Positions 27,532 through 43,477 of a stretch of DNA of 64,000 nucleotides are shown here, one piece after another. The notes beneath the pieces are model-generated. The model did no database searches. It was not told the DNA's origin and saw nothing but the letters and a program-made list of their open reading frames with translations. The translations under genes were made by a program, and so were the position numbers. The stretch's first letter is position 1; each line of letters opens with the position of its first letter. The stretch is from the NCBI GenBank assembly GCA_951406725.2, contig OX597816.1, positions 109,306,001-109,370,000 on the forward strand, read 5' to 3'. Origin of the DNA: Octopus vulgaris (taxonomy: Eukaryota).

Positions 27532-29110
27532 GTGGTAGAAAATATGGAAGAATATGGGAATTGAATGTATTTATTTAATCACTTGAAATTGCAATATATA
27601 TGTATATATATATAAAACAATGTAACATATGTCACCTCTCCAGTTTTGCATACATTGCTTTGGTTGCATGTGTAGTAAATTAAACAGCGTAAACAATCGT
27701 CCCTGAAACATAATGTAGAAAACACCAACACATACATTTGTGAACTTAAGCAGTAGAATTACAGGCGAAGTGAAAACATGGTAATGTTCTCTTAAGTAAA
27801 CAGAAATTATTTATTATATATTGTTAAGTTTGCTATACACACACACACACACATATATATATACACATACACAAACACGCACACACGCATACACATATAT
27901 CTATATGTCTATATATATATATGTTTATAGTAATTTTGCGCATAGTAATTTCTGTTACTAGTTGCGTGGGTAACCGAAAATAAAGGGTACATTTTCTCTG
28001 ATGAGTACCATTGAATTACGAAACAGTTCTACTTGAGAATTCCCAGTTGTTTTCACACGCCACTCATAAGCACATTAATCCGTATGTAAATATGTACATG
28101 TGTATGTGCGTAAACACATTCTGTTCTACATTCTGGATATTTAAATCTAAATCGCACAATATATATACACATACATACATGCACTCATATAAGTGTATGT
28201 CTGTGTTCAAATTATAATGTATGTATCATTCCATCTGTATTTACGTGCAAACCTTATGAGCGATCATATTCATTAAAACTAAATTGGACTTGTAAGATAT
28301 GAAATCATGTAATCATGCTATTAATTAATTGTTTATATTATTAATTAGTTCATTTTAAAAATTGATTGTGTTAACGAACTGTTTCTAACAGCCAATTTAA
28401 CACAATATATAACACTTGGTTGATTTCTCCTATGTTAAAGCTTTACTCCATTTTCTCTCACTGTTTTTATGCTTGACTTCTATCCTCTTTGTGTTTCACC
28501 GTTTTTATGTAATGGCATTTTGTTTTCTTGGACATATAAATAAGTATATGTGTAATTATAAGTAGATGTATATCCATAGATTTTTTTTGTAGTTTCGCAT
28601 ATGTTTTTATATATTTATGCTTATTTTTTGTACGATCATTGTGTTTTGAAAAGCAAAACCGAGTTTGTATGAAGTAACAATATGTTATTGATTGTTTGTA
28701 TCAATTACCATCTCCATAGCGATCTGTTCAACGGAACATGGAGAACAAGGCTAAATAATCTCATAACAGATCTTTTTTCCCAACTACCACCCACCATTTC
28801 ATCGAATAACTCTAGTCAAATTTCAAGCATTCTTCCATTATTCTCTCCCTTTATGTTTATGCTTATTGCTTCAACCTGCTGCCTAGAAATTGCAACTATG
28901 CAGAAGGGAAAGTTCTCCATGTTAAACACTATTGTGAGAAATCAGAATCAGCGATACTTCGAAGTAATCAGACTCCATAGATAATAAAATATTTTTCAAT
29001 CTACAAGTACTGAGTCCACTATTAAGGGCACGTTCAATGTACTCAAGTGCAGAAACCTATAGAACTAGCAATTATATATGTGTTATCTGTTTGTGTATGG
29101 GTGCTCGTGA

Positions 29111-29189
<79 letters not shown>

Positions 29190-30723
29190 GGGAGAATTCA
29201 CAAAAAAAACAAAAGACGAAATATATACGAAAGGGCAGACGAGTATGACATTGAGACGGAGAAAAACTCTACATAAAGAGCAGATCCGATTACCGCAATA
29301 CAGATAGATTCTTTTAAGTGAAAACATAGAGAGATGTGCAGGTAACATCAAACCAAATTTATTCATCGAAAAATATAGAGCACGTCTAAATATGTGCGCA
29401 TAACCAGCTTTGACCTCTATAATATTTTATTCACGATTACATACCCACTGTTCATATTTCTTCCCACTACTCTTTTGAATTTTTGTGTATATATATAATT
29501 TTACCCCCACCGAAAGATTAACTATTATCTCTCCTGTCCACAGTAATAACGATCACCAATTACCCACCTTAGATTTTCCCACTTTTTGAATCATTCATTC
29601 GTAAACTCCACACACAACATGGGCAGAAAACTTTTTGTTGAGAAAATGCGTAATTAAAATAATTTTAATGTCATGATTAGCGAAAGCGAAACCGTTTGAC
29701 AAGCACAATATAAAATATATTAAAAAATATAGTAAAACTATGTAAAATATGTGCATTTTCCTTCTTATATATTACAACTCACCACGTGGGGATAATCGAA
29801 ATTCTTCACTTTCTATTATATACACATATATATATGCGTGTGTTGGTGTTTATGTGTGTGGGTATTTATTGATCATAGTAATGTGGTTTTGTTTAGTTAA
29901 TGGATTTTTCAAGAATCATAAAATAGCTTCAAGTAGGAATCGAAACTGAAAGTTTATGCACATTTACTTACAGCTCTTTAGTTTGTGTTTAAATTCCGCC
30001 AAGGTCAACTTTTACTTTCACTCTTTGGGGGTTGATAAAATAGCGTGTCAATCAAGTACTGGGGTTGATTTTATTCTGCTGTAAAGTAACTGGGAAATGA
30101 ACACAATTATAATAGAAAACTGAGTCTAAACATAAATACCTATTTCTATGGATACATACACTCGATTAAATTCACCCAATGTATTAATGAAGCTGACTTT
30201 ATTGCCAATGAATATATGCTATTTAATATGGAAGAAGTGCAGTGGTATTATGATTAAAACTAAATAAACAGAGAACGATACTAAGTTATTTAATGAATTT
30301 GGTTAGGATTTTTGAACACGGTTTTCTTCTTAGCAGTAAATATGACAACAAGTCATATACAAACATCAATCTCACAAATAAAATACAAATACAAATATGA
30401 GAGGCTGTATGCGTGCATATATATTTATCAGTCTATGCATCTCTCTTAATCTATGTATAAATCAATCGATAAAATTCTATATGTATGTAAGCACACACCT
30501 TACTGCAGGTGTGTATATGTTTATATAAATATGTGTTTGAGTATACAATATACGTGCTCGTGCGTATTTATGTGCGTGTATGTGACAATGCTAGTATGTT
30601 AGTATGTGTACTTATTATCACTGAAATTATGACATTACAAAAATAGAAGAGCTTTGAGACTGATTTTAAAAAGATTATTTTAACAAAATATTTTCATGCC
30701 GCGGATACTGCAGATAGACTCAC

Positions 30724-30750
30724 CCAAGAGACTTTAATACGACTTTGATA
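30724..30750 (-). other. Candidate 27-nt micro-exon
   Basis: ctttgttag|TATCAAAGTCGTATTAAAGTCTCTTGG|gtgagt. Confidence 0.35.
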
Positions 30751-31394
30751 CTAACAAAGTTTGCAAAAGTTTTCATTTATACTATCTTAAAATAACCACA
30801 ACAACAACAACAACAACAACAACACCAGTAGAGAAGAAAAATGAATGGACAGTCTTAAGCCTTCAATCTAGAAGGTAGCAAATCAAATAGTGATTTCTAA
30901 GTCTTCTCCCCACAGGATAATGGTAATTATTTCAAAGTAATCAGTGACAAAATCATTAAACGAATTACAACAACGAAATGTAACGGAATCATGAAAACTT
31001 TCTTTTAGATATGGTATCCAATGGCAGTTACGAGATTAGATTTAAGATCATTTGACGAAGTGAAGGAAAACCAAGAGAAGAAGTAAAGTCGCATATAAAG
31101 ATTTTCACACAATACTACTGCAGTAATCTTTTGCGCTGCTTATAAACTTTGATATTATATTCAATTTTATTGACATTGCAGAGGTACACACGGTCTAAAT
31201 CTTTCACTTATAATCCATAGTACTGTATGATGATGCGTATGTATGCAAGTAAAGAGAAATCTTATTTAAAGTTAACGAATTATATATAACATGATATATA
31301 AATATATATCAAGATAATATAATGTAATATAATAATGATATATATACACTCTACGTATATGTATAGAAATATATCCGTATGCATAAATTTAGTA

Positions 31395-31647
<253 letters not shown>

Positions 31648-32000
31648 ATATATATAAACACATACACACACATATATAGTATGTGTGCTAATATTTATGC
31701 ATATTCAGATAAACTACTGCTCTGATGTAGCTGGTGAGATGGAATTTGAACAAGGAGATCCAGAACAAGAACAAGAACAACGTAAAGCATTTTTATGGAC
31801 AACTGTGCTGACTCTGCGAATCTTATGCCATCGCTGTATAACGCAGGACACACATGTATTTTATAATCGTATTACCAGTGATTTAGGAGTTTCGCAGAGC
31901 ATGGCTTATTCTGTTACATCTTGGTTAAACCATACATCCATTAAAACTTTAAAGTTACTGTTAATAATTTTTAAAATTTAAATCAGACACTGCATTTTAC

Positions 32001-32047
32001 TGAGTCCTTCATTCGGCTAAAAGTCACGTTTACGGAAAAAAGGAAAC
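32001..32047 (-). other. Candidate 47-nt exon
   Basis: ttttttctttatttttcatcag|GTTTCC...GACTCA|gtaaaa; open frame FLFSVNVTFSRMKDS. Confidence 0.3.
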
Positions 32048-32254
32048 CTGATGAAAAATAAAGAAAAAATTAAATGTTAAAAAAAACAACTTTTTGGGTT
32101 TGTTTCAATGTATGACTGTCATCTCTGTTGGCAAGTTCTTTGCTTGTTAAATAATCCAAATTTTAAAAAGATCTGCTAAACTCCAAATCTTCAGATCTCG
32201 AAAGAACGCTCCTTGGTACATAATAACAAAGATAGTAATGATGATAGTAATACA

Positions 32255-34150
32255 AGTTTACGTTCTTTATTAACCAGAAGGGTTTACAAAGAGATCAAGT
32301 ATAGTATAGGATGATAGAATATGGGGTTACATAAAATATGTGTAAGAAAGGGAAATGACAAAAACAAACAAGAAATGCCAAAGAAAAAATCTTACAAATT
32401 ATAGACACTTCCAAAAGCTACACCTGAAAATCTCACAAATTCTATGGTCACCTTGACCACGGAGGCAATGTTCTTTCATAGTCGTCTTCCTCGCATTTGC
32501 AGGCGAATTTCCAGTTCAGGCCCGTTCACTCAGACTATGTTAGCCACTCTCATTCACTTTTCAACGAATTGAACAAGAGGAAATACTTCTCTTTCCACCC
32601 ATATTTCCTTTTTTGAAATGAAACATAATACTTTTGCCAGAGCCACCAGACAGATGAAGAGTGCCTGCTGTTTTCGGTTAAAGGAACGCGGTGATACTAT
32701 CTTCACAATTCATCCTTCGCGTGATAGCGGCTGTTCAACTTAACTCAACAAGCTATCAAAGCTCGGACATTGGAGAGTGCATACAGAACGGTTTTGCCGC
32801 TCTATGAACAGGCTCGGCTGATAGCACTCCACTCTACATAGAGTTTATGCCTCCTGGTAACACTGTCACTCTAGTGATTTCTGGATATTATCTATAGATC
32901 TGAAAGTTCTTCGGATTAGACCTCGCAGTTAATCTTCCGTGAAAACGACATCGCATTTTGTTACCACTAATCTCCAATAAACCGTCAACGTAGAACTGCT
33001 ACCAGCCATATTATTTGATTGATGGAAAGCTGTGAACCCTTCTTGACGCTAATTGTCAAGTTTTCTACTTCGACCTTTGTATCAGGATCACAGGTTTATT
33101 AAAGAGACGAGTTGGAAAAATGTATCTAACAAACTGCAACTGCACCTGTTTAACGTCAAAGATTCGCGTGAGATATCACAGTTGCAACGCAGTGGCATGC
33201 TTAGACCTCCACAAAGCTTGTTTTGACAGCAAATGGAACTCCTAATCAGTGGAAAGTGTTCCTTTCACATAAACTGGAAGAGTAAACGCTCCGTCCCGAT
33301 CAGACGTGATCTAAGGCAAGGCTGGATGGTCAAGATCTTTAAGGGATAGCTTCCTGATCTCATTTCGAAGTGAAATTGGTCCCTTTGTTGGTCACTTCGT
33401 CCCAGCTCTTCTGTGGGACGAAACCAGACCCCGACTAATGTAACCGGACCGTTGGTTAGCGTCCTACGACGCTGTTGCACCGTATCGATCTGCCATTCCA
33501 GGAGCCGGGCTGAAAGTCCGACGACTTTTATTGGTTGATTTTTGACTCGTATCATGCTTCGTAGTCCTTTAGAGCGGTACCAATCACCTCGATATGCTTG
33601 GTGTCCAACACTATAACAATCACTTAGTTCGCATATCCTGCTACAAATTTCACATGCTTGTTTGCACGTGATGACCCTTGGTGTCTCTAGTTTTCTCAGG
33701 TGCAGAAAATATGAGTGCGGACAATATAGACAACTTAAGTTCATGGCAATAAATGGTTCCGGTTCGTGGCTATTAATTCTAGCCGCAAAGCAGATGCCGA
33801 TGTATATTGCAGTAAATTATCACTTGAAGGTGGAACCGAAACCAACTGCTGTGAAGTCAGAAGCCGTGTATTGACAGCTGACCCTATCAAAAGCTTATGC
33901 ATTGCATAAATTAGGAGTTGGATAGATCTGTTGGGGATGATATATAAGGGCATCTCGCCAAGCAGACGACTGACGGTAAACGCCACACTTCGCTAGTACC
34001 TTAAAAATCTTAAAATCTGTTTATTTGTTATGAGCCCCAAATAGTCAATGTGGTCACCCTTGTTCAATTCCTTTCCCTGCAGCGTCACTGCTCCTCGACT
34101 CAGAAAGGCTTACGTATGGCACGATGCGGACATAGAGACTAGGTCACAGT
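32255..34150 (-). pseudogene. Decayed L1/Tx1-like LINE (RT to 3' end)
   Basis: KAFDRV motif on the minus strand at ~33880-33897; C-terminus homologous to 25770-25850; many stops and indels. Confidence 0.55.
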
Positions 34151-35445
34151 CCTAAAGTATATGAGCAAATACAACTTCAAATATACGAAGAGTATAGTTG
34201 AAGTAGATATATCCCCTGTTTGTTATGTTTGCCAGCCCAAAATGTATGCTTTAAATGACGAACAGAATATGCGAATTTTAATGTAAATAATAAAGTATTG
34301 AAGTTATTGATGCTAAGCGTTACATAGTATATACACATACGATACATTCTTAATGGTTCACCATGCATTTTCGAAAGGTGCCAAATCTGTGCATTGCATC
34401 ACAGATCACAGCCATCTTATAAAATATTCAAAAAGTCAATAGAGGCTACGAAGCATATATTAATCGTAAATTACAATCATAAAATCAATGCACAATTTGT
34501 ATAATACAGTTATTTAAAGCGCGGTGGATATGCAAAATCGGTAGAATCGCTAGGGTGTTGGATACAAATAACAAATATACATAGAATTCATAATTTCGGC
34601 CTAGGTGTTAACGAATATTTGGCGCTTGTTGTTGGTGATCTGATTGGTGATGCACAATCATGCGACATCCTAAACAGATCTATCCTCAAAACCTTACGTC
34701 GCCCACCGATACTCGACTGTTATCTTTTGACATTTTGATTTGATATGCCAATGAAGTTACACTTAAGTGCTTTTCATCCTTCGGTGATTGAATAAATAAA
34801 GCTAAACTCAAGTTTTCGAGTAGATATAATCAAGTGAACATATTCGATTGGCTTTATGCTAATATCTAAAAAATCAATATTTAAATATTAATAATATTAA
34901 AATATTTCAGTTTCATTAAAGCAGTTTCATGCTTCTTAGAACGACTCGTAGATATATACAGCGATTCAATCCATTTAGCAATCTGCTTATGAATGTCAGC
35001 TTGACCCAGAGTATTCTTTTTAAAGTAATGTGTTTTTCAAACATCCAATAATTTAAGTTAACTACCATTGTTTAAATTATTAGATTCTATTTACTCAATG
35101 TAAACTTGGACATATATTTTGTCACCCCTCATGCAATTCTGCTAAATGTTATTATTTCCCAGTTTAGCTGCTAGCTATTAGGGTGGTCTGCGTCTGTTAA
35201 AAAAATTGCAATATATTTCAGATTATTATTTTTCGTTTTAATGAATAAATAATACATACCCGAGCACAGCTATCTAACTAAACACACATAGTATTTCTCT
35301 CTTTTTCTCTTTCTTACGCACGCACATACTATCTGTATAACTATATATTTATGTATCTCACATTATTTACATATATTTATACTTACATATATGTATATTA
35401 TATGTATGCGTGCATATATAAAATATAATTTATATATATACATAC

Positions 35446-35526
<81 letters not shown>

Positions 35527-35584
35527 TTATTTGCATTAAAATACACATATATACATATATATTTATGTATTGGTTGTTGATATA

Positions 35585-35630
<46 letters not shown>

Positions 35631-35845
35631 TATGCATTTATATATATACATGTATATATTTAGACATATATGGGAATACATCTACATACATATATATATA
35701 TATACACATATATACGTATATATATCCATATATATATATATATATATGTGTATATAGATATGTATATATATGTACGAACGTATGAATGTATATATATATA
35801 TATACATATATATACATATATGTATATATACATATATATACATAT

Positions 35846-35899
35846 AAAACGATAATTGATGTGCAGCTACATACACCATACACACACATCACACACATC

Positions 35900-35942
<43 letters not shown>

Positions 35943-35969
35943 ACACCATACACACACATCACACACATC

Positions 35970-36027
<58 letters not shown>

Positions 36028-36081
36028 GATGTGTGTGATGTGTGTGTATGGTGTATGTAGCTGCACATCAATTATCGTTTT
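35846..36081. repeat. Perfect 60-bp inverted repeat around (AT)n with an internal direct duplication
   Basis: 35846-35905 equals the reverse complement of 36022-36081; ~35938-35975 duplicates part of the left arm. Confidence 0.9.
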
Positions 36082-36542
36082 GCGTGTTAGTCTTTAAAAT
36101 AAATAACATAACATTATATATATATATATTTCCCCAAATTCGGGTGGTACTTGTTTTTCTTAAGTCGGAATTGAATCTTAACCATATGTTTGTGTATCCA
36201 TATTATAGAGCTAAATTATTTTCGTTCTCCTTAACTGCCCATTGTTAAAACTTTCTTAGTGTGTTCAGCTTTCAATGCCTCTCACCGAAGCTAAATTTGA
36301 AATAGATGTATATGGGCTTATCGCAACGTTATTACCATTATGGTGATGGTAGTAGTTGTTGTTGTCATTGTTTTTGTTATGTTTAGAATTGTTATTGGCT
36401 TTGCGATTATCTCCCTCATTCGTTTCAGCATTTTTGAAAATGTTTAGAATTATATTTATAGTTATGTATTCAGTCACACATTTACACCTACGCACGCATA
36501 ATTCGCACTATCAAATATTTGCGCGTTATCTGTGTGTGTGTT

Positions 36543-36586
<44 letters not shown>

Positions 36587-37265
36587 TATATGTGAGTGTG
36601 TGTTTACATATACAAATATACATACATATATACACCATGTCCGCACACGCACATGCATATCTGCAGATATATGTGTATATATATGTGTATATATATATGT
36701 ATATATATGTGTGTATATATGTGTATATATATGTCAGTGTATGGGTATATACATACATACATATATATCTGTCGGGAAAACAGTGTAAATTGAAGAAGAA
36801 AGTGAGAAATAGGGAGAGAGAGAGAAAAAAAGCTATTGAAATGTGATGCATGAGCATTTGTCTACATGTGAACTCCTATCACGTGTATTCAGTTCATGTA
36901 GTCAGGAGCTTGTGATTTGAAATGAAATGTAAAGGAAGGTATAGATGCAATATTATAGTAGTGTTTGTCTTTTTATGTTTTCTTAGACCTTCCGGTACTA
37001 TGATGACAGATGGCTACCAATAATTAGGTGATGGCAGTACAGTTCATGTTTGACTGAAATTGTTGCATGCTTATACCTGGAGGGTAATTACTTACAAACG
37101 GAGAAAGTGAGAGAAAGAGAGAGTGGGAGAGAGAGAGTGAGAGTGCGAGAGGGAGAGAGAGGGAGAGAGAGAGCGAGAGAGAGAGAGGAAGATAGAGACT
37201 TAAAGAGAGAAGGGGAGAGAGAAAAGGGGAGAGAGGTAGAGAGAGGTGGAGAGAACTAGAGAGAA

Positions 37266-37336
<71 letters not shown>

Positions 37337-37472
37337 TAATATAACCATATATACATACATACATACATATGCACACATATATTTATACACTTATATTCAT
37401 ATTTACTGATACAAGCACACGCGCACACACATACACAGACACAGAGTATGCGTATATATACGTGTATGTTTT

Positions 37473-37520
<48 letters not shown>

Positions 37521-38196
37521 TAATCCAAACAAGAAAACACAGAAAAAAACACAGCAACGCGAGGACGTGGAACAATTAAAGTATTATTTGACGCTCAGGA
37601 AAGAAGGGAAGGAATATATATATATGGATTTGTGTGTGTGCGCGCACGTGAGGCATTGCAATACAGATAATCACTTGTTAGGACTTAATATGTTTATGCT
37701 TTAGATTAAAGTGAAGGTGATTATGTAACTCCTATTCCTTTATCATTCATTAAATGATATATATATTTGGAACGTCCGACTATATGATGGGATATGTTTT
37801 CAACAAGGCGTCTGGAAAATAGGACAGAATGACGGTTGAAAGTGCTGTTATTCTTCGTTTTTATTTCTAGGTTATCTTTGATCGTGCAGGTTGAATATGA
37901 AAGATAGTCACACTTAAGACTATATCGTATTCTTGTATATCTTGGATATAAACATGTGAATCATGATTGCGTGTATTCTTTTCTAAAATGAGTTTAGAGT
38001 CTTATTTGAGTGGATTTTAGTTGGTCTTTCTAGCGGTCTGTGCGTTGAAGCTCTTCCTTTGTGGCGACGGTTGATGAAGAGTTATTTTGATAGACCTTAG
38101 GCAAACGCTTTAAATAATCTGGAAATTGAGAAGCAGATCTTATCGTGTTTCAATAAAATTTAGGATAAATTACTCAAATATGTATTGCAATAATAC

Positions 38197-38340
38197 TGGC
38201 ATGGGTGTGTGGCTAAACATTTTGCTTAACTACCATGTAGTTTTGGGTTCGATTCTTCCGAGTGTTACATTGGGCAAGTGTCTTTTGTAATAGCTGTGGT
38301 ATGACCTTGTGAGTAGAATTTGGTTAGCAAAACTACAGAC
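38197..38340 (+). mobile_element. tRNA-derived SINE 5' part
   Basis: tgggtgtgtggctaa (A-box-like)...gggttcgattct (B box)...ttgggcaagtgtctt. Confidence 0.65.
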
Positions 38341-39540
38341 TCACATTATGTGCGTATGTTTGTTTGTGTGTGTGTGTATGTGTGTGTATACTTCACTGTA
38401 TCTCGGTGAAGGATATAAAGAACGGTGAAAAACCGGTTCTCTTTGATCGAAGTCCGCTAATTTACAAACGCTTAATTGTCATTTTAATTGTTATAGAAGC
38501 AAGCAACTCGTATGTTCATCGTATGTATCTGTAATGAACTTTGTGTTGCAGTGACCCATACACTGACATATTGGATTCCTCTTTGCATTCTAAATATCTG
38601 TTGAGGCTATTATTCATAAACGCTTTAATAATTCTTCAAACACTCGTGAATTCAAATATAATAAAGATATAATTTCTCTGATCCTGGTGACCGCCACAAT
38701 TAGAAATCATAATCAAATTTCTCCTAATTCGTAAATTAGAAGGCTGATACTGTAGAAGTTTTGAGCAAGAGAGTAGAGATAAGTATTTGGCGGCCAAATT
38801 AGTGGTATAGCCTTTCGTTTATGTCATTCAAGCCTTTGTATAAGAGTAACTTTAACTACAGAAATTCTGATAATTCAGCACATATTATCTGGTGATAAAT
38901 CTATCTTATCCTTATAGTGCTGTTACATTTCGGGAATAACTTGGACTTTATGATTATCTCCATCCAACGCCATCATTTCAAATGCGATTTCAAGCAACAG
39001 TGATGAGCCAGTATGGTAATAACTCCATGTTAGCATTGCAGAAAAAGAAAAAAAAAAAGACTATAGAATTACAAACTTTCTTATCTACTGCTGTGTTTAT
39101 CTGTTACTTTGACTCTGAACTATTGTGTTTAATAATTTTATTCTCAGATTAGTAAAAAGAACATTGTAGAAAATGATATCCATTTGGTTTTTAATTTTAT
39201 TTTATATTGTTTTAAAAACCCGTCCAAGTCTATAAAAATAAGAAAAAAAACTATCGCGATAGACATTTGCTTTTGATTCACTTTGGGACTGAACTTGCAT
39301 AATAATTCAATTTAAACTTGTCTACTAGTTGACGACTGTCTACAAACTGAAAACATTATTTTAAAGTCTCATCTGAGACCACATCACCTGAGATTAAGCA
39401 TCATTTCCCCAAGGGAATATGTTATGTCTTATCATTTTAAAAGAAATAGATCGATAAAATACGAGAGACTAATTTGCAAATAATCGAAAAAGCGAAAGAC
39501 GTAACAGCTGTAATAACCGTCAATAAAAATAAACACATAC

Positions 39541-39586
39541 CGGCCGGATATAGTTACCCATATCTCCTTAGAAGCGTTCTCTGCAG
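39541..39586 (-). other. Candidate 46-nt exon
   Basis: tgctttctttttag|CTGCAG...TCCGGCCG|gtatgt; single open frame AENASKEIWVTISG. Confidence 0.4.
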
Positions 39587-40485
39587 CTAAAAAGAAAGCA
39601 ATGAGCTGTATTTAGTAGAATGTCCTCACTATATTAAACCTTAAACAGAAGAAACAGAGTGATCACATTCTTGAACACAGAATCATCGCTCTGCTTTATC
39701 AAAACTGATCTAGGACTGAGTATCGTTATGAAGAGTAACAACATCATGAAAACGCTGACAAAAACAACAGCATCTGTAGTAATGACAAAAACAGCAAATA
39801 TTATATACAACAATTGTAACGAATATTTGAGAACAGTAAAACTTGCCATAAAAAAAAACGACAGGTGACCGTAAATACAAAAGCAAAACAAAACAGAAAC
39901 GACACTGGAAATTAAAAATCCTAATACTGATTGGTTTATTGTGTCATTATTTAATATTTTGTTTACCTGCATTCTATTAAGAGGAAGGTACTCAGGTAGG
40001 ATAACCACACCACTTTTTAAGTTATGAAAAACGAAACCCAATAGAATTTTCGTGTAGGAGTAATAAGTGAAATGTCCAAATTGGGATTTACAATTACATC
40101 TGAGTGGCGGACTCAGATGAAACATTTATCATTATTAAAAAGTAGGCCACCAAGAAATATGGATAACCACTAAAAATTAATCCCATGACCTGAAGAGGAC
40201 ACTAAATATACACATCTACTTACAACGTTCCTCGGATAGGAATAAATTCTAAACAATTACATAACCTCCAAATCTTAATAAAATAAAAATTTCTCCAAAA
40301 CACCCCACCATAACAACTCACTCTACAGCCTAATTAATACTCTTCTCAAACCCATATTCCCAAGGAGACTATATAAAAGCCAAGATTTACTTCACAGCTT
40401 CGCTATCCAATGATGGCTTAGCTGGCCAAAACTTCGAAGTCACTATAAATTATATTCTTGCTTAATAATGATGATGATGATGATG

Positions 40486-40545
<60 letters not shown>

Positions 40546-40548
40546 GTA

Positions 40549-40610
<62 letters not shown>

Positions 40611-40679
40611 GATAATAATAACAATAATGATGATGATAACAACAACTACAACAACGACAACAACAACAATAATAATAAT

Positions 40680-41805
40680 AGGGAAAACTATTCACAAAAA
40701 TTGAGACAGAAATGGACCGTCCAGTCCAGTCTGTGCGGATTTTTCCCAATGATATTAAGGTGGATTTTGGACTCTCAAAATGTGCTACGATGGTGATGAA
40801 ATAAGAAAAGCTTGCCAGGACATAAGACATATGGTTGCCAAGTGGTGAAATGATGCAGATGAAAGCAAATTGAGGAAGGGGACTGATAATTGTGGAAGAC
40901 TGCATGCGTATCGAACTCGAGAGCTTAATGAGATACCTAGCCCAAAGTAAGGAAACCTTGCTAGTGTCAGTTAGGAACGAGAGAGTATTGAAAGCAGAGA
41001 AAAAGGGAAAACAAAGGAAGACGTATAAAAAGGACATGAAGAAGAATTACGGAAGAAGGGACTACTCAATCAATTTCATGTAGCCACAACAGAAGTTGCT
41101 GGAAAAAAATAGGTGGGATTGGCTGATGAAAGGGACCCTAAAAAGAGACTGAGAGTACTATACTGGCAGCGCAAGACCGAGCTTTGGTCACGAACTGGAG
41201 GGTCAACCTTAGGAATGAATGCCCTAGACTGCCACGAACCACTACAAGGTGTGGCGACACGATCACGTAGCGAAAGTGCTCCACTGGAAAATGTGCGTAA
41301 AGTGGGGGCTAGAGAGAGAGAGTCAAGACGTGATATAAGTACAAACCGCAGAGAGTGGCGGAGTCGAAGACTATCAAAATCCTCTGGGATTTCCCAATCC
41401 AAACAGATCGGATGCTACAACATACCAGATCGAACCTAGTGGTGGTGTCAGGGTGCACCACATATGTTGTATAGTTAATGCAGCATGCCCCTTTGACCCA
41501 CAAATGGTCACGAAGGGAGGCGAAAAGATAGATACAACCCTCTTACGTACGAAATAGCCAGCCTATGGAAAATGAAGAATGTCAATTATTGTTGGGTCCT
41601 TGGGAACAGTATCAAAAGCATCAAGAGAAATATAAATAAATTTGAATAGTGTGTCCAGTAGAACTGTTACAAAAGGTTTGGCTCAAAACCTTAAAAAAAT
41701 TATAAGAAAGCTGAAAAGTGCGAATAGCACGGTACCGTAGGCTGCAGGTAGTAAGCCTGCTACGCATGCAAGACTCCAGGAGTTCCAACAAAATCTGTGA
41801 TAAAA
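40680..41805 (+). pseudogene. Decayed, deleted R4/Dong-type element between (AAT)n tracts
   Basis: Remnants FGLSKCATM, LKKRLRVLY/LAAQD-like, RHDHV, ILWDFPIQTD and IIVGSLG; (AAT)n flanks. Confidence 0.7.
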
Positions 41806-41806
41806 G

Positions 41807-41873
<67 letters not shown>

Positions 41874-42359
41874 TAATTATTATTTATTTATTCATTTACA
41901 TATTATGCCATAGCATTTACAATCGATATATAATAAAATTCTCATTCTCAGCAATGCCAAACTTAGTATTCCATTACTCAAACATTAACAAATATGCAAG
42001 ATACAATCATCATTGTGTTAAACTTAGATATGGGTGTATACTTATTTATGCATGCTAAGGGTGTTTACATTATATACGCATCTGTGACTATGTGCACATT
42101 TGTATATACAAGTATTAAAAAGCATATGTGAGAATGAACGGTAATTAGCAACGTTACAGACTAAAAGAATGATAAATCATAGTAATAGCATGCTGGGACT
42201 TCTGAAGCATGATATATTTAGATAAAAATCTTCTTCATTCTAAATACACAATGGCAAAACAAATAATACATTTTCCTCTACAATGCCACAACATTTCTAC
42301 CCTCTTTAGTAAGCATGAAATTTATGCCCTTAACTTAATTTTACACAGTTGTAGCATAC

Positions 42360-42381
42360 TTTCCCGGATACTCTATTCTCT
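42360..42381 (-). other. Candidate 22-nt micro-exon, copy A
   Basis: tttaatattcag|AGAGAATAGAGTATCCGGGAAA|gtatgc; duplicated at 47450-47471. Confidence 0.55.
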
Positions 42382-42499
42382 CTGAATATTAAAGATCACT
42401 AAAAACAGCAATGCAATCTCTGAAGATCTGAGAATACAATCCATTTATTTCTTGATATGTTTCTGATAGTTTTCATTGTTAATGAAAATGCAGTAAGAT

Positions 42500-42576
<77 letters not shown>

Positions 42577-42675
42577 TGTATATATATATATATACATACA
42601 TACATACATATATATTTATATATGAATATGTGTACATATATATGTATATTTATGTATATGTCTATATATATTTGC

Positions 42676-42719
<44 letters not shown>

Positions 42720-42783
42720 ATATATATACATAAATATTTATACATATATATATACATACATGTATACATATATACATACATAT

Positions 42784-42826
<43 letters not shown>

Positions 42827-43360
42827 TTTATGTGTGTGTATGTACATATATAAGAACCGTATGACAAGCACATTTCCGGCCGTGATATTTAAAAAATATA
42901 ACCCAATTATTGATCGAATAAAACCTAAATATCAACTTCCGCCGAATTTGTTTTCATTTCAATTCGTTTTGTATAATTCAGGTGAAAAAGAAATTACACC
43001 TAACTTTAAAAAAAAATGAAGAAGGCTATATGATTTTGTATATCAATTCGTATCGCTGCACTGGGAACTCATTTTCTTTCAAGAGGTTTTAAATATCTTC
43101 CATTTCTATCGTAGTCTAATCTCAAATTAGTCTCTGTTTGACTTTATAACAATATGGGAGCGATGGCAACAATATTTTCGATAGGTTGACAGCTAACGAT
43201 GAGGACATTTTATTGAACTATTCAGCATTTCTTGTTCTTTTTTCAAATTTATTTATAAGTAGAATATTTATAAGTAGAATAAATGGCATTCTTACGCACA
43301 GTATTATTGAAACCCATAGAAATGAAATTGAAATGGATGAACTAAGCTGAGTTCATTCAC

Positions 43361-43477
43361 CATGTTTGCTATTCCAAAACTCGAAATATCTGGATGGAAA
43401 ATACAAAATATGTGGAATAAAGAAATCCATAAAAATAGAGAAAACCTATCAACAAACCTTTGACAAAACCTATACCT
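43361..43477 (-). other. Two candidate micro-exons (43458-43477, 20 nt; 43361-43389, 29 nt)
   Basis: atttctttcag|AGGTATAGGTTTTGTCAAAG|gtttgt and tattttccatccag|ATATTTCGAG...AACATG|gtgaat, separated by a 68-nt GT-AG interval. Confidence 0.35.

Noticed and set aside
39634-40125. 163-aa hydrophobic ORF resembling a membrane protein
   Set aside because: Hydrophobicity is explained by the T-rich strand composition; no recognisable motifs.
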